Shown one piece after another: positions 47,417-57,491 of a stretch of 64,000 nt of DNA. Position 1 is the first letter of the stretch. Each line of letters starts with the position of its first letter. The notes beneath the pieces were generated by a model. The model made no database searches and was not told where the DNA came from. It saw only the letters and a list, made by a program, of their open reading frames with translations. Source of the DNA: a candidate division WOR-3 bacterium. Its GTDB lineage: Bacteria; Hydrothermota; Tepidihabitantia; B3-TA06. The translations under genes were made by a program, and so were the position numbers. The stretch spans positions 27,708-91,707 of the forward strand of contig JAFGSK010000044.1 of assembly GCA_016934635.1 (NCBI GenBank). Reading direction: 5' to 3'.

Positions 47417-48526
47417 TTAATAGCTTTTCAAAAGATCAGCCCATTCTCTGCGATCCCTGAGTCTGGAGCCATATTTATCTAAAACTTCTCCGACATTAAT
47501 CATGAATTTTCTTCGTCCTACTTCACCTAGGAAAACGAATATCGTGGGGAGAAGCTCGGTCAGTCTCAAGATATAAATATTCTGACCACTTGCGAACTCC
47601 TTTTTAATGAGATCTTCGATTTTTGATCCATTCTCTGCTACCACACCTTTCTGAGCCAGGAAAAGAATTTCAGAAACACTTCGGGAACGAATCATTGGAA
47701 GTTTATCCTGGATTTGAGTGAAGGATAATTGTTTATCTTTAACTTCAACCGCTATAACAATCTCCCCGTCTGAATCGCAGCATTCGATATCGGCAACTAG
47801 TCCTGATGTAGAATCCGCGGCATTAATGTTGAACCTTCTAACCTTTGAGAAAATATTGAAAACTTCACCCACTGTCTCGAGTAACGCTGTAGAAACGCTT
47901 AACACTCGATCACCACCTGAACCAACCTTAATGAATTCATCGATCATAGCCAGTAATTGATCTGCGCTTATTCTTTTAGGAACCGAGTAAGTAACCTCCG
48001 TTTGGATAAGGCGTTTGTAAATCTCCTGAAGGACTTGTCTAAAAATAGCCTGTGTGTATTTTTCATTTCCTTCCTCTTCTATCGTCTCAACAATTAGACA
48101 GAGATCGTCCCAACCCACCTTATCCTTTTGTTGATTGCGATATTTCAACGACAATTCAGGACATCGTAATGGATTATTCACGTAAGGTTCAGGAGAGCCT
48201 CCTAAAACGTTTTCGTTGTCTTTGTCAAAAGGTACAATTACTTTGTGGGCAACCGATCTGGCGTCAAACGCTCCAACTCCGCCACGACCTGTCTGAAGAC
48301 ATCTAGCATCAAGCATCGGATTGGCTAATTTAGCAACAACTTGAGTTGGAAGCACGTATCGATAGCTCTTTGTTTTACTATTAATCGATCTGTTAATTGT
48401 GTCAGTGATGTCTTTGGATAGTTTATATTCCGTTTCTAGAAATCCTTCGGAAGAGAAAACCTTATCCCATTCTCCCTTAAGAATACTACTGCATTTTTCA
48501 ACCAATTCAGATATGCTCGAAACCAT
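47417..48526 (-). CDS. Type II restriction endonuclease, SacI family
   Basis: FDARSVAHKVIVPF...SPEPYVNNPLR and AADSTSGLVADIE...EVKD motifs; AT-rich. Confidence 0.8.
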   Translation of the reverse strand: MVSSISELVEKCSSILKGEWDKVFSSEGFLETEYKLSKDITDTINRSINSKTKSYRYVLPTQVVAKLANPMLDARCLQTGRGGVGAFDARSVAHKVIVPFDKDNENVLGGSPEPYVNNPLRCPELSLKYRNQQKDKVGWDDLCLIVETIEEEGNEKYTQAIFRQVLQEIYKRLIQTEVTYSVPKRISADQLLAMIDEFIKVGSGGDRVLSVSTALLETVGEVFNIFSKVRRFNINAADSTSGLVADIECCDSDGEIVIAVEVKDKQLSFTQIQDKLPMIRSRSVSEILFLAQKGVVAENGSKIEDLIKKEFASGQNIYILRLTELLPTIFVFLGEVGRRKFMINVGEVLDKYGSRLRDRREWADLLKSY

Positions 48527-48529
48527 GAA

Positions 48530-49381
48530 TTAATAGTTCATCCAGAGAGCCTCTTGACGCGGCTTCTTTATTGAGTGACATATCTTTTTAGGTGCATCAG
48601 CACGTCGCCAACTACAGTATAAATCATCCATTAGCTTGCATCGGTATCCGGAAATCGCAACCTTTCCTTTGCACTCCCTCAATACCATAGCTAACTTTTT
48701 GTGTTCCTTCTCGGTCATTTCAAACCCGTATGCTTTGGAATCCCCCCTGCTTTCATGGGGGTACGGCGGATCACAATAAAATAAAGTGTCTTTGTCATCG
48801 TAAAGATTAATTACTTCAATTGCCGGTCTATTCTCAATCTGAACACGCAGAAGTCTTGTTGCGATATCTGGTAGTTTCTCTACGCTACCCAACCATCTGG
48901 AAACCACACCTGACATCCCCGCTCTCGATGTCCTCTTGCAATTTGCCCATCTGCCTAAAGAAGCAGTTTGTGCAAGACCTGTACGAACCTGACGGGCCCT
49001 GACAAAAAATCTCCGTGCCCTTTCCAGATCGGATAACTTCTCTTCGGATTCCGATACGGCTAATGCAAACTCTTCCCTGGAAAAGGGGGTGAGACCTATC
49101 GCTTCAATGAGTTGTTCCTTTTGCTCTCTGAGAACCCGGAAGAAATTTACTACCTCACCGTCGATATCGTTGTACGTCTCTACATGAGAGGGTTCTCTGT
49201 TGAGTAAAACTGCGGCCGAACCGCCAAATGGTTCACAGTAATGATGCGCCTTTGGAAGGAAGGGAAGTAACCACTTGAGGTGACTATACTTACCTCCGTA
49301 CCACCCGAAAGCTATCAACTTCTTCCTACTTAATTCTGGATACTGGATTTCTAAAAGAGATTTATCCCGGCTATCATTCAT
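48530..49381 (-). CDS. D12-class N6-adenine DNA methyltransferase
   Basis: WYGGKY, EPFGGSAAV, NDID and YCDPPY motifs. Confidence 0.92.
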   Translation of the reverse strand: MNDSRDKSLLEIQYPELSRKKLIAFGWYGGKYSHLKWLLPFLPKAHHYCEPFGGSAAVLLNREPSHVETYNDIDGEVVNFFRVLREQKEQLIEAIGLTPFSREEFALAVSESEEKLSDLERARRFFVRARQVRTGLAQTASLGRWANCKRTSRAGMSGVVSRWLGSVEKLPDIATRLLRVQIENRPAIEVINLYDDKDTLFYCDPPYPHESRGDSKAYGFEMTEKEHKKLAMVLRECKGKVAISGYRCKLMDDLYCSWRRADAPKKICHSIKKPRQEALWMNY

Positions 49382-49491
49382 CGTATAATCATATGTTTAA
49401 TTAATCCTAAGTCAAGTTCAATTTAATAAGTTGACAACCTCCGATTCTCACCTATTATCTAATCTAGTTTGTTATTTAAGGAGGAAATCCT

Positions 49492-50055
49492 ATGTGGATA
49501 TTATGGGTATTTCTGGGGCTGATAGTCCTTCTGGTTATAATTGCCATCGGCATTTATAATGCCCTGGTAGTCAAGCGCAACCGCGTACGAAATGCCTGGC
49601 ACCAGATAGACGTTCAGCTCCGACGAAGATACGACCTCATACCCAACATCGTTGAGACGGTCAAGGGCTACGCCAAGCACGAGCGCGAGACCCTCGAAAA
49701 CGTCATTGCCGCGCGCAAGCTGGGTATGGACGCAAAGACCGTTCAGGATGCAGCCAAAGCCAACAACATGTTGACAGATACGTTGAAGTCCTTGTTCGCG
49801 GTGGCCGAGGCGTATCCTGATCTCAAGGCCAACCAGAACTTCATGGCCCTGCAGGAAGAGCTTCGTTCGACCGAAGACAAGCTGGCCTACTCGCGTCAGT
49901 TCTACAACGACGTTACAATGGACTACAACACCGCGACCGAGAAGTTCCCGGCGGTGATATTCGCGCGCATGTTCGGCTTCAAGCGCTTCGAGTTCTGGGA
50001 GATACCTGAGGAAGAAAAGGCCGCCCGCGGCCCGGTAGAAGTCAAGTTCGACTAG
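49492..50055 (+). CDS. lemA: LemA family protein
   Basis: [14 protein letters not shown] and [12 protein letters not shown] motifs. Confidence 0.96.
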   Translation: MWILWVFLGLIVLLVIIAIGIYNALVVKRNRVRNAWHQIDVQLRRRYDLIPNIVETVKGYAKHERETLENVIAARKLGMDAKTVQDAAKANNMLTDTLKSLFAVAEAYPDLKANQNFMALQEELRSTEDKLAYSRQFYNDVTMDYNTATEKFPAVIFARMFGFKRFEFWEIPEEEKAARGPVEVKFD

Positions 50056-50079
50056 TAGGCCTCAAACATACGTACGACG

Positions 50080-51345
50080 ATGCAACCGCGCAGGCATCTT
50101 TATAACCTTATAGCGGCCAACAAGTGGAAGACCTTCTTCTTCGTGCTGCTTTTTGCAATAATCATCGCCTTCATCGGCGTGGTTATCATATTCCTGTTAA
50201 CAGAAACCTGGACCGGATTCATTATCTGGTGCGCTATCCTTGGTCTATTTCTCATCGGTTATAACCTCGTCTTCTTCTTCTCATCAAAGAAGCTTGCCCT
50301 TGCCGCCAATGGGGCACGCAAGGCCGATCCTGAGCAGTACAAGAGGTTGCACAACGTCGTGGAGGAGATGTCCATCGCCTCAGGGCTACCCAAGCCCGAG
50401 GTATACATAGTCAACGACCCGTCGCCTAACGCTTTCGCGACGGGCAGAAATCCAAAACACGCCGCAGTTGCCGTAACGACCGGCTTATACGAGATGATGG
50501 ACCGTGCCGAGCTTCAGGGCGTAATCGCCCACGAGATGTCCCACATCAAGAACCACGACATCCTGCTTATGACCATCGTAGCCATCATGGTTGGCGCCGT
50601 TGTCCTTGGCCGGGACATAATGCTGCGCTGGGGACTCTTCTTCGGCGGAGGTCGTTCCCGCTCATCGGGCAGAGGCGGCGGATACACGGTCATCATCCGT
50701 TTTCTTATTATTATCGCTCTGTTGATCCTTGCCTCGATTGCGGTACTTCTCATACGCGCGGCAATATCGAGACAGCGCGAGTATCTAGCCGACGCCTCGG
50801 GTGCGATGATGACCCGCAATCCCGAAGGCCTTGCACGCGCTCTCGAGAAGATAGGCGGCACGTACCAGAAGATTCAACGCAAGACTTCGGCCACCGCACA
50901 CCTCTACATCTCCTCGCCCGAGTGCAAAGACAGGCTCAACCCCCAAAAACCGCATAAGAAGATCAAATCGAACGCCTGGTCTACCCATCCTCCTATACAA
51001 TTAAGGGTGGAGCGTTTGCGTCAGCTCGATCCGACATCGGAGTACGCCCAACGCCTTGCCTGGGCGCGTGACGAGGCTGATCCGCCCTCCTCCCATTTCA
51101 CCTCGACTGCTTCCGGGGCAGCGATTCCAGGTGGTGGTGTTACGGGTGGAAGTGTTACGGGTACGGGTGGTGTTACGGGTACGGGGATGGGGCTGGTTGC
51201 CGAGGCAGAAAGTTCAGAGGGGCGTTCGGAACCTCAATCCGGTCCACCTGCCCAGAATCAAGGTTCTCCTCAGAAAGACCCGCCCACCGACGAGGACCCC
51301 TCAAAGGTCGAGCGGATAATAGACGATTACTTTGAAGAAAACTGA
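50080..51345 (+). CDS. htpX: HtpX-like M48 zinc metalloprotease with a low-complexity tail
   Basis: PNAFATG, AHEMSH, SRQREYLAD and STHPP motifs. Confidence 0.93.
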   Translation: MQPRRHLYNLIAANKWKTFFFVLLFAIIIAFIGVVIIFLLTETWTGFIIWCAILGLFLIGYNLVFFFSSKKLALAANGARKADPEQYKRLHNVVEEMSIASGLPKPEVYIVNDPSPNAFATGRNPKHAAVAVTTGLYEMMDRAELQGVIAHEMSHIKNHDILLMTIVAIMVGAVVLGRDIMLRWGLFFGGGRSRSSGRGGGYTVIIRFLIIIALLILASIAVLLIRAAISRQREYLADASGAMMTRNPEGLARALEKIGGTYQKIQRKTSATAHLYISSPECKDRLNPQKPHKKIKSNAWSTHPPIQLRVERLRQLDPTSEYAQRLAWARDEADPPSSHFTSTASGAAIPGGGVTGGSVTGTGGVTGTGMGLVAEAESSEGRSEPQSGPPAQNQGSPQKDPPTDEDPSKVERIIDDYFEEN

Positions 51346-51405
51346 AGCCGTACTCTGACGTCAATCCTCCGTCAAGCCGACAACATGAATTATGTGGATG
51401 GATGA

Positions 51406-52977
51406 TTATTGCATTACAACTACCTTTTTGCTTTGAGCCCCGAACGGAGTACTCACCCTCACGAAGTACACCCCTGCCGGAGCGTCGAAGGTAAATGTGT
51501 ATTCGCCTTCGTTCAGGATTTCGTTGCAGAGGTTTTCAAAAAGCCTTCCAGAGGCATCGAAGACATCTACCCTGGTCATGCCGGATTGCGGCAGTCCAAG
51601 CTGAACCGAAACCATATCTTGGAATAGAGATTTCGTCTCAAGTACAATTGGTTCAGGGGGGAATTCCTCGGGTTCGGTGACAGAGGAATAACCCCTCATT
51701 TCCAGGGTAGCGTCGCCCAGAAGGCACATCCCCATGAACCAGGCCTTTGCCGAACCGAAGTCCGGGAAAAAAGTCAACCAGTAGTTGGTCCATACCCGGA
51801 ACGCATCCCCCCAGGAGTATCCTTCGGCGAGAGGTTGATTGAAAAAAGAAAAATGAAGCATCGAACCGGTCTTGGTCGAGCCGACCACTGCGAGTCCGTT
51901 CCCGAAGAGGTTATATACGCTCCCCATGCAATTGGTCTCCACCCATCGGCAGTTAGAGCAGGCAAAAAGGTTGTAGAAACCGAACTTGGGATCTGAGACA
52001 CATATCTCCCAGTTGTAAACCATGTCGGCATATCCGATGTTAGCCTTTTGAAAGTAATGCGCTTCAGGACTCGAATGAACGCATACCGTCAGAAAAAGCC
52101 CTTGCTCTTTAATACGAGACCTGTAATCTTTCGCATCGGTGATGAATGTATCGCGAATCTCTTCGTAGTCTTCAGTGACAAGGTTCATCTCAGTATCATA
52201 GTAACCTTGGGACCAATCCTGATCTATGTAAAACAGGCCCTTTGACGGCAATCTGAACGTCTCTTGCCGGTAGCCGTGAACCCTTTCAAAGTAATCGGCG
52301 TATATATCCAACTCTGAATCATATGAAATACTGGAGGCGTCTATCCTGGCCACCCAGATCTCGGCTTCCAGGGGACCGGTATGCGAATCAAAGACGCCGT
52401 CCGAGCCTTGATTCATTGGACCGGGACCTGCATATACCGAATCGTCTCTCCACTCACCGTCGAGATCTGAAAGATACAGATCGCACGGAAACTCCTCGTA
52501 TTGCTCTTCGTCAAGGTCAAATATTCCGTTGTCGTTCCAATCGTCGTTGAGCTGGAACCATGGAACCGGCTGGTCTCCCACAAGCACGGCACCAACAAGT
52601 CCTGAGTTAAGCCTTTCAGCGAGGTACGCTCTCAGCGCCTCGACCGTACCGGCCGTGGAAAAGATACTCATTTCCACCGAGTAACCGGCGTCCTGGAGGT
52701 CTTGGGTGTATTGATCCAGATGAAACTTGAGGTTTCGAGCGATGTCCGGCGTAACAACGACGGCTATCAGGCCGTCGCTGACGGACCTTGTTCGGGAAGC
52801 CCGCCGGTAAATCACGCTGGGACCGCCCTTAAGGCTCCCGGTTTCAGGATGCAGCGAACGCCATTCACTGTAGGTCACGTAATCCGGATCAGACCTCAAG
52901 TCCCTGGTCAACTTGACGTCCGACTCGGCCCAACTGGAAGTCATAAACAATATAATGAATATTATAATTTTCTTCAT
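51406..52977 (-). CDS. Secreted C25 (gingipain-like) cysteine peptidase with a CTD
   Basis: GAVLVGD, PCDLYLSDLDG, EIWVARI, candidate dyad in VHSS and FACS, LLGD; CTD AGVYFVRV...KKVVV. Confidence 0.72.
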   Translation of the reverse strand: MKKIIIFIILFMTSSWAESDVKLTRDLRSDPDYVTYSEWRSLHPETGSLKGGPSVIYRRASRTRSVSDGLIAVVVTPDIARNLKFHLDQYTQDLQDAGYSVEMSIFSTAGTVEALRAYLAERLNSGLVGAVLVGDQPVPWFQLNDDWNDNGIFDLDEEQYEEFPCDLYLSDLDGEWRDDSVYAGPGPMNQGSDGVFDSHTGPLEAEIWVARIDASSISYDSELDIYADYFERVHGYRQETFRLPSKGLFYIDQDWSQGYYDTEMNLVTEDYEEIRDTFITDAKDYRSRIKEQGLFLTVCVHSSPEAHYFQKANIGYADMVYNWEICVSDPKFGFYNLFACSNCRWVETNCMGSVYNLFGNGLAVVGSTKTGSMLHFSFFNQPLAEGYSWGDAFRVWTNYWLTFFPDFGSAKAWFMGMCLLGDATLEMRGYSSVTEPEEFPPEPIVLETKSLFQDMVSVQLGLPQSGMTRVDVFDASGRLFENLCNEILNEGEYTFTFDAPAGVYFVRVSTPFGAQSKKVVVMQ

Positions 52978-52989
52978 GGGTTTTCCTTT

Positions 52990-54687
52990 CTACCCTTCAT
53001 ACCGGTTTGTTACCGGCATTCTGCGACCAAAACCAAAAGCCCTGGGGGTGATTTTAAGGATCGGTGCCGCCTGGCGGCGTTTGAACTCGGCTTTATCGAT
53101 GCGACGGATAACCGAATGAACCAGTTCTTCATCGAATCCTTTCTCACGGATCTCCTTGGAAGACAGGTTTTCTTCAACATACAGTTCAAGAACCTGGTCA
53201 AGGAGTTCGTATGGCGGCAGATCATCCTGGTCACGCTGACCTGGTGCAAGCTCCGCAGATGGCGCGCGTTGTAAAATACCTGCGGGAATCTGATCGGTTC
53301 CCTCTCTTGCGTTGTACCAGCGTACAAGCTCGTAAACCAACGTTTTGGGTACGTCGCCGATGGGCGCCAGGCCGCCTGCCATATCGCCGTATAAGGTGGC
53401 GTAACCGGTGGCCAGTTCTGACTTGTTTCCCGTAGCCAGGACAAGATGGCCGAATTTATTAGAGAAGGCCATGAGTAAGTTACCCCGAATGCGCGCCTGG
53501 ATGTTCTGCACGGTGACGTCAGGCTTCGAGATGTCCATGTATTCTGCAAGGCTCTTCTTGTATGCCTCCACCAGATCATCGATGGGTAAGGGCTCGGTCT
53601 TTATCCTGAGGTTGTTAGTTAAAAGAAGTGCATCCTTCAGACTCTGCTTCGATGTATAACGTGACGGCATCACTAGACCTAACACGTTTTCCGAACCCAG
53701 AGCCTCGGCTGTCAGGACGGCCACCAGGGCGGAATCTATGCCGCCGGAGATTCCCAAGACCACCTTTGTGAAACCGTTCTTATGTACGTAATCGCGCAAA
53801 CCCAGAACCAACGCGTGCCAGATTTCTTCCGATTCCCCAATCTCATGCTGGATTTCCCTGGTACCTCCGTCATAAATCAACAAATCCTCCTCAAATCCCC
53901 TGGCCAGGGCAACTACCTTCCCCTCTTCGGTTACCACCACAGAGCGGCCGTCGAATATCAAATCGTCCTGTCCGCCCACCGCGTTCACGTACACCAGGGG
54001 TAATCCGACTTCCCCGGCCCTCCTTGAGAGCATGTCCAGCCTGGATTGAAACTTGCGCGCATAGAAAGGGGATGCTGAGATATTCACAACCAGGTCGGCT
54101 CCAAGCCCTTTCATACATGAAGCGGGGCCTTGCTCAACCCATATATCCTCACAGATCGTAATGCCTGCTTTTACTCCACTCGACAATTCTGTTACAGAAT
54201 CAGATGTTACACTGCATTCGGCAGACTTTGGCATGCTGGGGGGTCCAGAAAAATACCTCATTTCATCAAACACGTCATAGTCAGGAAGGTGTGTCTTATG
54301 AATACGGCGCTCTATTTTTCCGTTCCTAAGCAGAACAGCCGAGTTAAAGAGCTTCCATCGAACGTTCGCTCGAGCGGAGAGATCATACAGATCATGATTA
54401 TGTGTTGGATCTCGAGGAAGAAAATGTACGCAACCTACGATCACCGGTACGTCTGAAGTAACTGCTGCAATCTCCTCGAGCCTCTCCCGCTGTTCTTCAA
54501 GGAATCTCGTCTTGAGCAGAAGATCCTTGGGCGGGTAGCCGATCAACGACAGTTCAGGGAAGACGATGAGTTCTGCACCCTCGGATTGTGCTTTATTGAT
54601 CCATTCGGTGATCTTCCGCGCGTTGCCGCGCAGGTCGCCCACGGTCGAGTTTATCTGGCACAGCGCGATCTTAGGAAATCTATTCAC
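52990..54687 (-). CDS. nadE: Glutamine-dependent NAD+ synthetase
   Basis: Nitrilase domain (FPEL, ICEDIW) followed by GISGGIDS, QARIRG, TGNKSE and PSAEL. Confidence 0.97.
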   Translation of the reverse strand: MNRFPKIALCQINSTVGDLRGNARKITEWINKAQSEGAELIVFPELSLIGYPPKDLLLKTRFLEEQRERLEEIAAVTSDVPVIVGCVHFLPRDPTHNHDLYDLSARANVRWKLFNSAVLLRNGKIERRIHKTHLPDYDVFDEMRYFSGPPSMPKSAECSVTSDSVTELSSGVKAGITICEDIWVEQGPASCMKGLGADLVVNISASPFYARKFQSRLDMLSRRAGEVGLPLVYVNAVGGQDDLIFDGRSVVVTEEGKVVALARGFEEDLLIYDGGTREIQHEIGESEEIWHALVLGLRDYVHKNGFTKVVLGISGGIDSALVAVLTAEALGSENVLGLVMPSRYTSKQSLKDALLLTNNLRIKTEPLPIDDLVEAYKKSLAEYMDISKPDVTVQNIQARIRGNLLMAFSNKFGHLVLATGNKSELATGYATLYGDMAGGLAPIGDVPKTLVYELVRWYNAREGTDQIPAGILQRAPSAELAPGQRDQDDLPPYELLDQVLELYVEENLSSKEIREKGFDEELVHSVIRRIDKAEFKRRQAAPILKITPRAFGFGRRMPVTNRYEG

Positions 54688-54870
54688 AATCCTGAGTATA
54701 GATAGTGTTCAATGACTGTCAACACGCCGAGGGCGAGCGACAGCCATAAGGATCTGCCTGGAATCATCTGCAACGTGATTGGATACGGCGCTTCCCTCAT
54801 ATTACGTCCCCAACATCCGTCTTAACCAAGGGAATTTCTGGATTCTTACCGACTGAACCGGAATCCGGGA

Positions 54871-57258
54871 TCAATTACCTACCGGCTTATCCCACTCGTA
54901 TATAGTACAGGCTGGCAATGCTCGCTTGAGCCGTGATAGTCCTTCCTGACCCATGTCCTCAATAATGAATCCATCCAAATAAAGACGCTTCAGTTTCGGA
55001 AGATTAGCAAGTTCCAACAATGTCTCCCAGTCGTAGTAGAAGTGATACGATTCTGAAATATCCAAAACCTCAAGATTAGTTAGTTCTGATAGGGCTTTTA
55101 CTTCTTCATCATCAAGTCCATTGTTGTGGATATACAGGTTTCTCAGATTCTTCAATTTAGCAATCTGGATGATCCCTTTCAAACCGATGTCGTTATTTGA
55201 AAGATTCAGTTTTTCCAGATTGTCTAATCCGCCAATCCAGCGTATGTCGGAAGAGTAAAGATCGTTATTGTTTAGATCAAGAACCCTCAAGTTCTTCAGG
55301 TTGGCGAGCCAGGCAAGACCTTCACCCCGGGTGTTTATTTCTTCGAGGTAAAGTTCTTCGATACTCGAAAGCGACGCAAGCTGCCTGAGACCTTCATCTG
55401 ATATATACGTATTACTGAGGTTAAGCGACCTAAGATTCTCGATTTTTGCCAGATGTTTAATCGCGTTGTCCGTAATCAGGTTTTCAGACAGATCAAGGTA
55501 AGACAAGTGAGGGAGGTTGGACAAATACTTCAACTGACCGTTCCAGATAAAGCCGGACGAGAGATCCAAACCTCTCAAATTCACGAAGCTTGCGATATGC
55601 TTGAGCGTGCCTAAACCGAGAAGCGAATTCGTTAACCCAAGTTCCCTTAAGTAAGGTGTCTGGTAAAGATACTCGATACCTTGTCCGGTTATTTTAGATC
55701 CGTCAAGATTAAAAGCCCTTAACCCAGGCATGTCATTTAACCATCTCAATTCATCGTCAGAGACGGCGTCGGTTTTCAAATTTAGAACCCTGAGTTCCTT
55801 AACGCTTCCTGCAGTGATTGTTCGTAGAGGGTCATAGTCGTAAATCTCATTGATTCCCAGGCTTATCAACTTAAGATAAGGATAATCCAGGTCCGGAACC
55901 GATGTTAAACTGTTTATTTGTCTTGCATGATAATACATTAATGAATCACCATCCCTGCTCATTATAGTAAGAAAGAATCTTTCCTGCGCCTTTTCGACGT
56001 AATTAACCGTTATTATCGCTTGTGCAATTGTATCGGGCAGCGGAAAATCGAATCCTTCTTTATAGTTGACTTTTACTGCGGGCCTACCGTTGACTTCAAC
56101 CACATAAACACCTTCGGATTCAGTATATGTCTCGTAATCGATCTTTTCTTCACCTTGCCAGATATAGGGCAGATTCCCGAACCATAAGAAATCCTTACCC
56201 GGCTCTCTGCCTGACATGAATTCGGTTGATACAGTCAACCCCTCCTGTTTGATAACCGTTTTCTCTACACCTGATTCGGGTAAGAGCGGCAGTTCTGGTC
56301 CCTTCGGCGCTTTAGGCAGCAGGATGCTCACGGTCAGGAGCAAAGCGAGCGCCACGAAGGCCGAAATACCCAAAAGAACCTGAAGGAACGGAGAAAAGGA
56401 TACTCTACTTGCAGAGCTTTCTGAGCCGTAGTCTTCACTTAAAACGTCTGCAGACGCATGTCTGATCTCTGGGATGCGGTGGCGCTTCAGGCGCTTCGCT
56501 ATCCGCACGGCCTCCCTTGCGTCAACCTCCCTCAGTGCCATAAGAAGCTCGGCGCACAGATGAGGACGCCTTTCCGGTTCTCGAAGCTCGGATCTCAGCA
56601 TGGATAGACATGTACTCCTGTCTAAAAGATGCAAGGTCGACAAGGAACGCAAGGCATCCACCCTTGCCTGTGTCGGTGATCCGGTATCCTTGAGTTTGCC
56701 GATGAGTTCCTTGCGTTCTCGCTCCATAGGAAAATGGGTATTGCAGTGGGGGCAAATCTCTGCATCCAATGGAGCATGATGACCGCAGTATGGGCATTGC
56801 TTGGAAGACCCGGCTCTCCTTCTCTCTTCTCCACCACGGACCGACTTTATAACACCCATTATTATCCCTTTGATGATAGCTGAGACTATCATGAACCCTA
56901 TATACAAAGCACCTGCAGTACCGACCATTGCAACCATCATGATAATATACGTATTCGGGAACAATTCATAGGTAGCTGTCAGGAGTATAAAAATACCGGC
57001 AAACACGACGGCGAATACAGACCAGATAATCGCAGTAGGGTTCGCTCCCTTCTTCCTGAACAGGTACAGTAAAGCGGTAATAGACGCCAAAGCCAGGAAT
57101 CCATAGATTACGAATTTGACCCATTCGTAATCCCAGTCGATGTAGGAAAAGAAATTCATGTGAGCAAGCCAGAGAAGTATCCCGCCCCAGATTGAAATCC
57201 ATACACCACCTCTTACGATCGACTCAATTACGCTCAGGTTCTTGGATTTTGCGGCCAA
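54871..57258 (-). CDS. Membrane protein: about 4 TM, zinc ribbon, HEAT-like helices, TM, leucine-rich repeats
   Basis: CPYC...CPHC and about 12 LxxLxLxxN repeats. Confidence 0.85.
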   Translation of the reverse strand: MAAKSKNLSVIESIVRGGVWISIWGGILLWLAHMNFFSYIDWDYEWVKFVIYGFLALASITALLYLFRKKGANPTAIIWSVFAVVFAGIFILLTATYELFPNTYIIMMVAMVGTAGALYIGFMIVSAIIKGIIMGVIKSVRGGEERRRAGSSKQCPYCGHHAPLDAEICPHCNTHFPMERERKELIGKLKDTGSPTQARVDALRSLSTLHLLDRSTCLSMLRSELREPERRPHLCAELLMALREVDAREAVRIAKRLKRHRIPEIRHASADVLSEDYGSESSASRVSFSPFLQVLLGISAFVALALLLTVSILLPKAPKGPELPLLPESGVEKTVIKQEGLTVSTEFMSGREPGKDFLWFGNLPYIWQGEEKIDYETYTESEGVYVVEVNGRPAVKVNYKEGFDFPLPDTIAQAIITVNYVEKAQERFFLTIMSRDGDSLMYYHARQINSLTSVPDLDYPYLKLISLGINEIYDYDPLRTITAGSVKELRVLNLKTDAVSDDELRWLNDMPGLRAFNLDGSKITGQGIEYLYQTPYLRELGLTNSLLGLGTLKHIASFVNLRGLDLSSGFIWNGQLKYLSNLPHLSYLDLSENLITDNAIKHLAKIENLRSLNLSNTYISDEGLRQLASLSSIEELYLEEINTRGEGLAWLANLKNLRVLDLNNNDLYSSDIRWIGGLDNLEKLNLSNNDIGLKGIIQIAKLKNLRNLYIHNNGLDDEEVKALSELTNLEVLDISESYHFYYDWETLLELANLPKLKRLYLDGFIIEDMGQEGLSRLKRALPACTIYEWDKPVGN

Positions 57259-57491
57259 CTCTTCCTCCTAGCTTACGAGATACTACACTGAAAACACCTG
57301 TCGTCAAGTTATCAATAAACGAATCAATCGTTCTCTTAGCTGTATCGGGCTCGCACTCGTTTTACTGTCTCACAACCTTCACGTTTTCAATCGACTGTTA
57401 AAATTACTCAAGGTGATACGTAGATCGGACACCCGCGCCTTTTGCCTAGACACCGCTATTAACGCAAGGTTCCGAGATCGGGAAACGAGGA

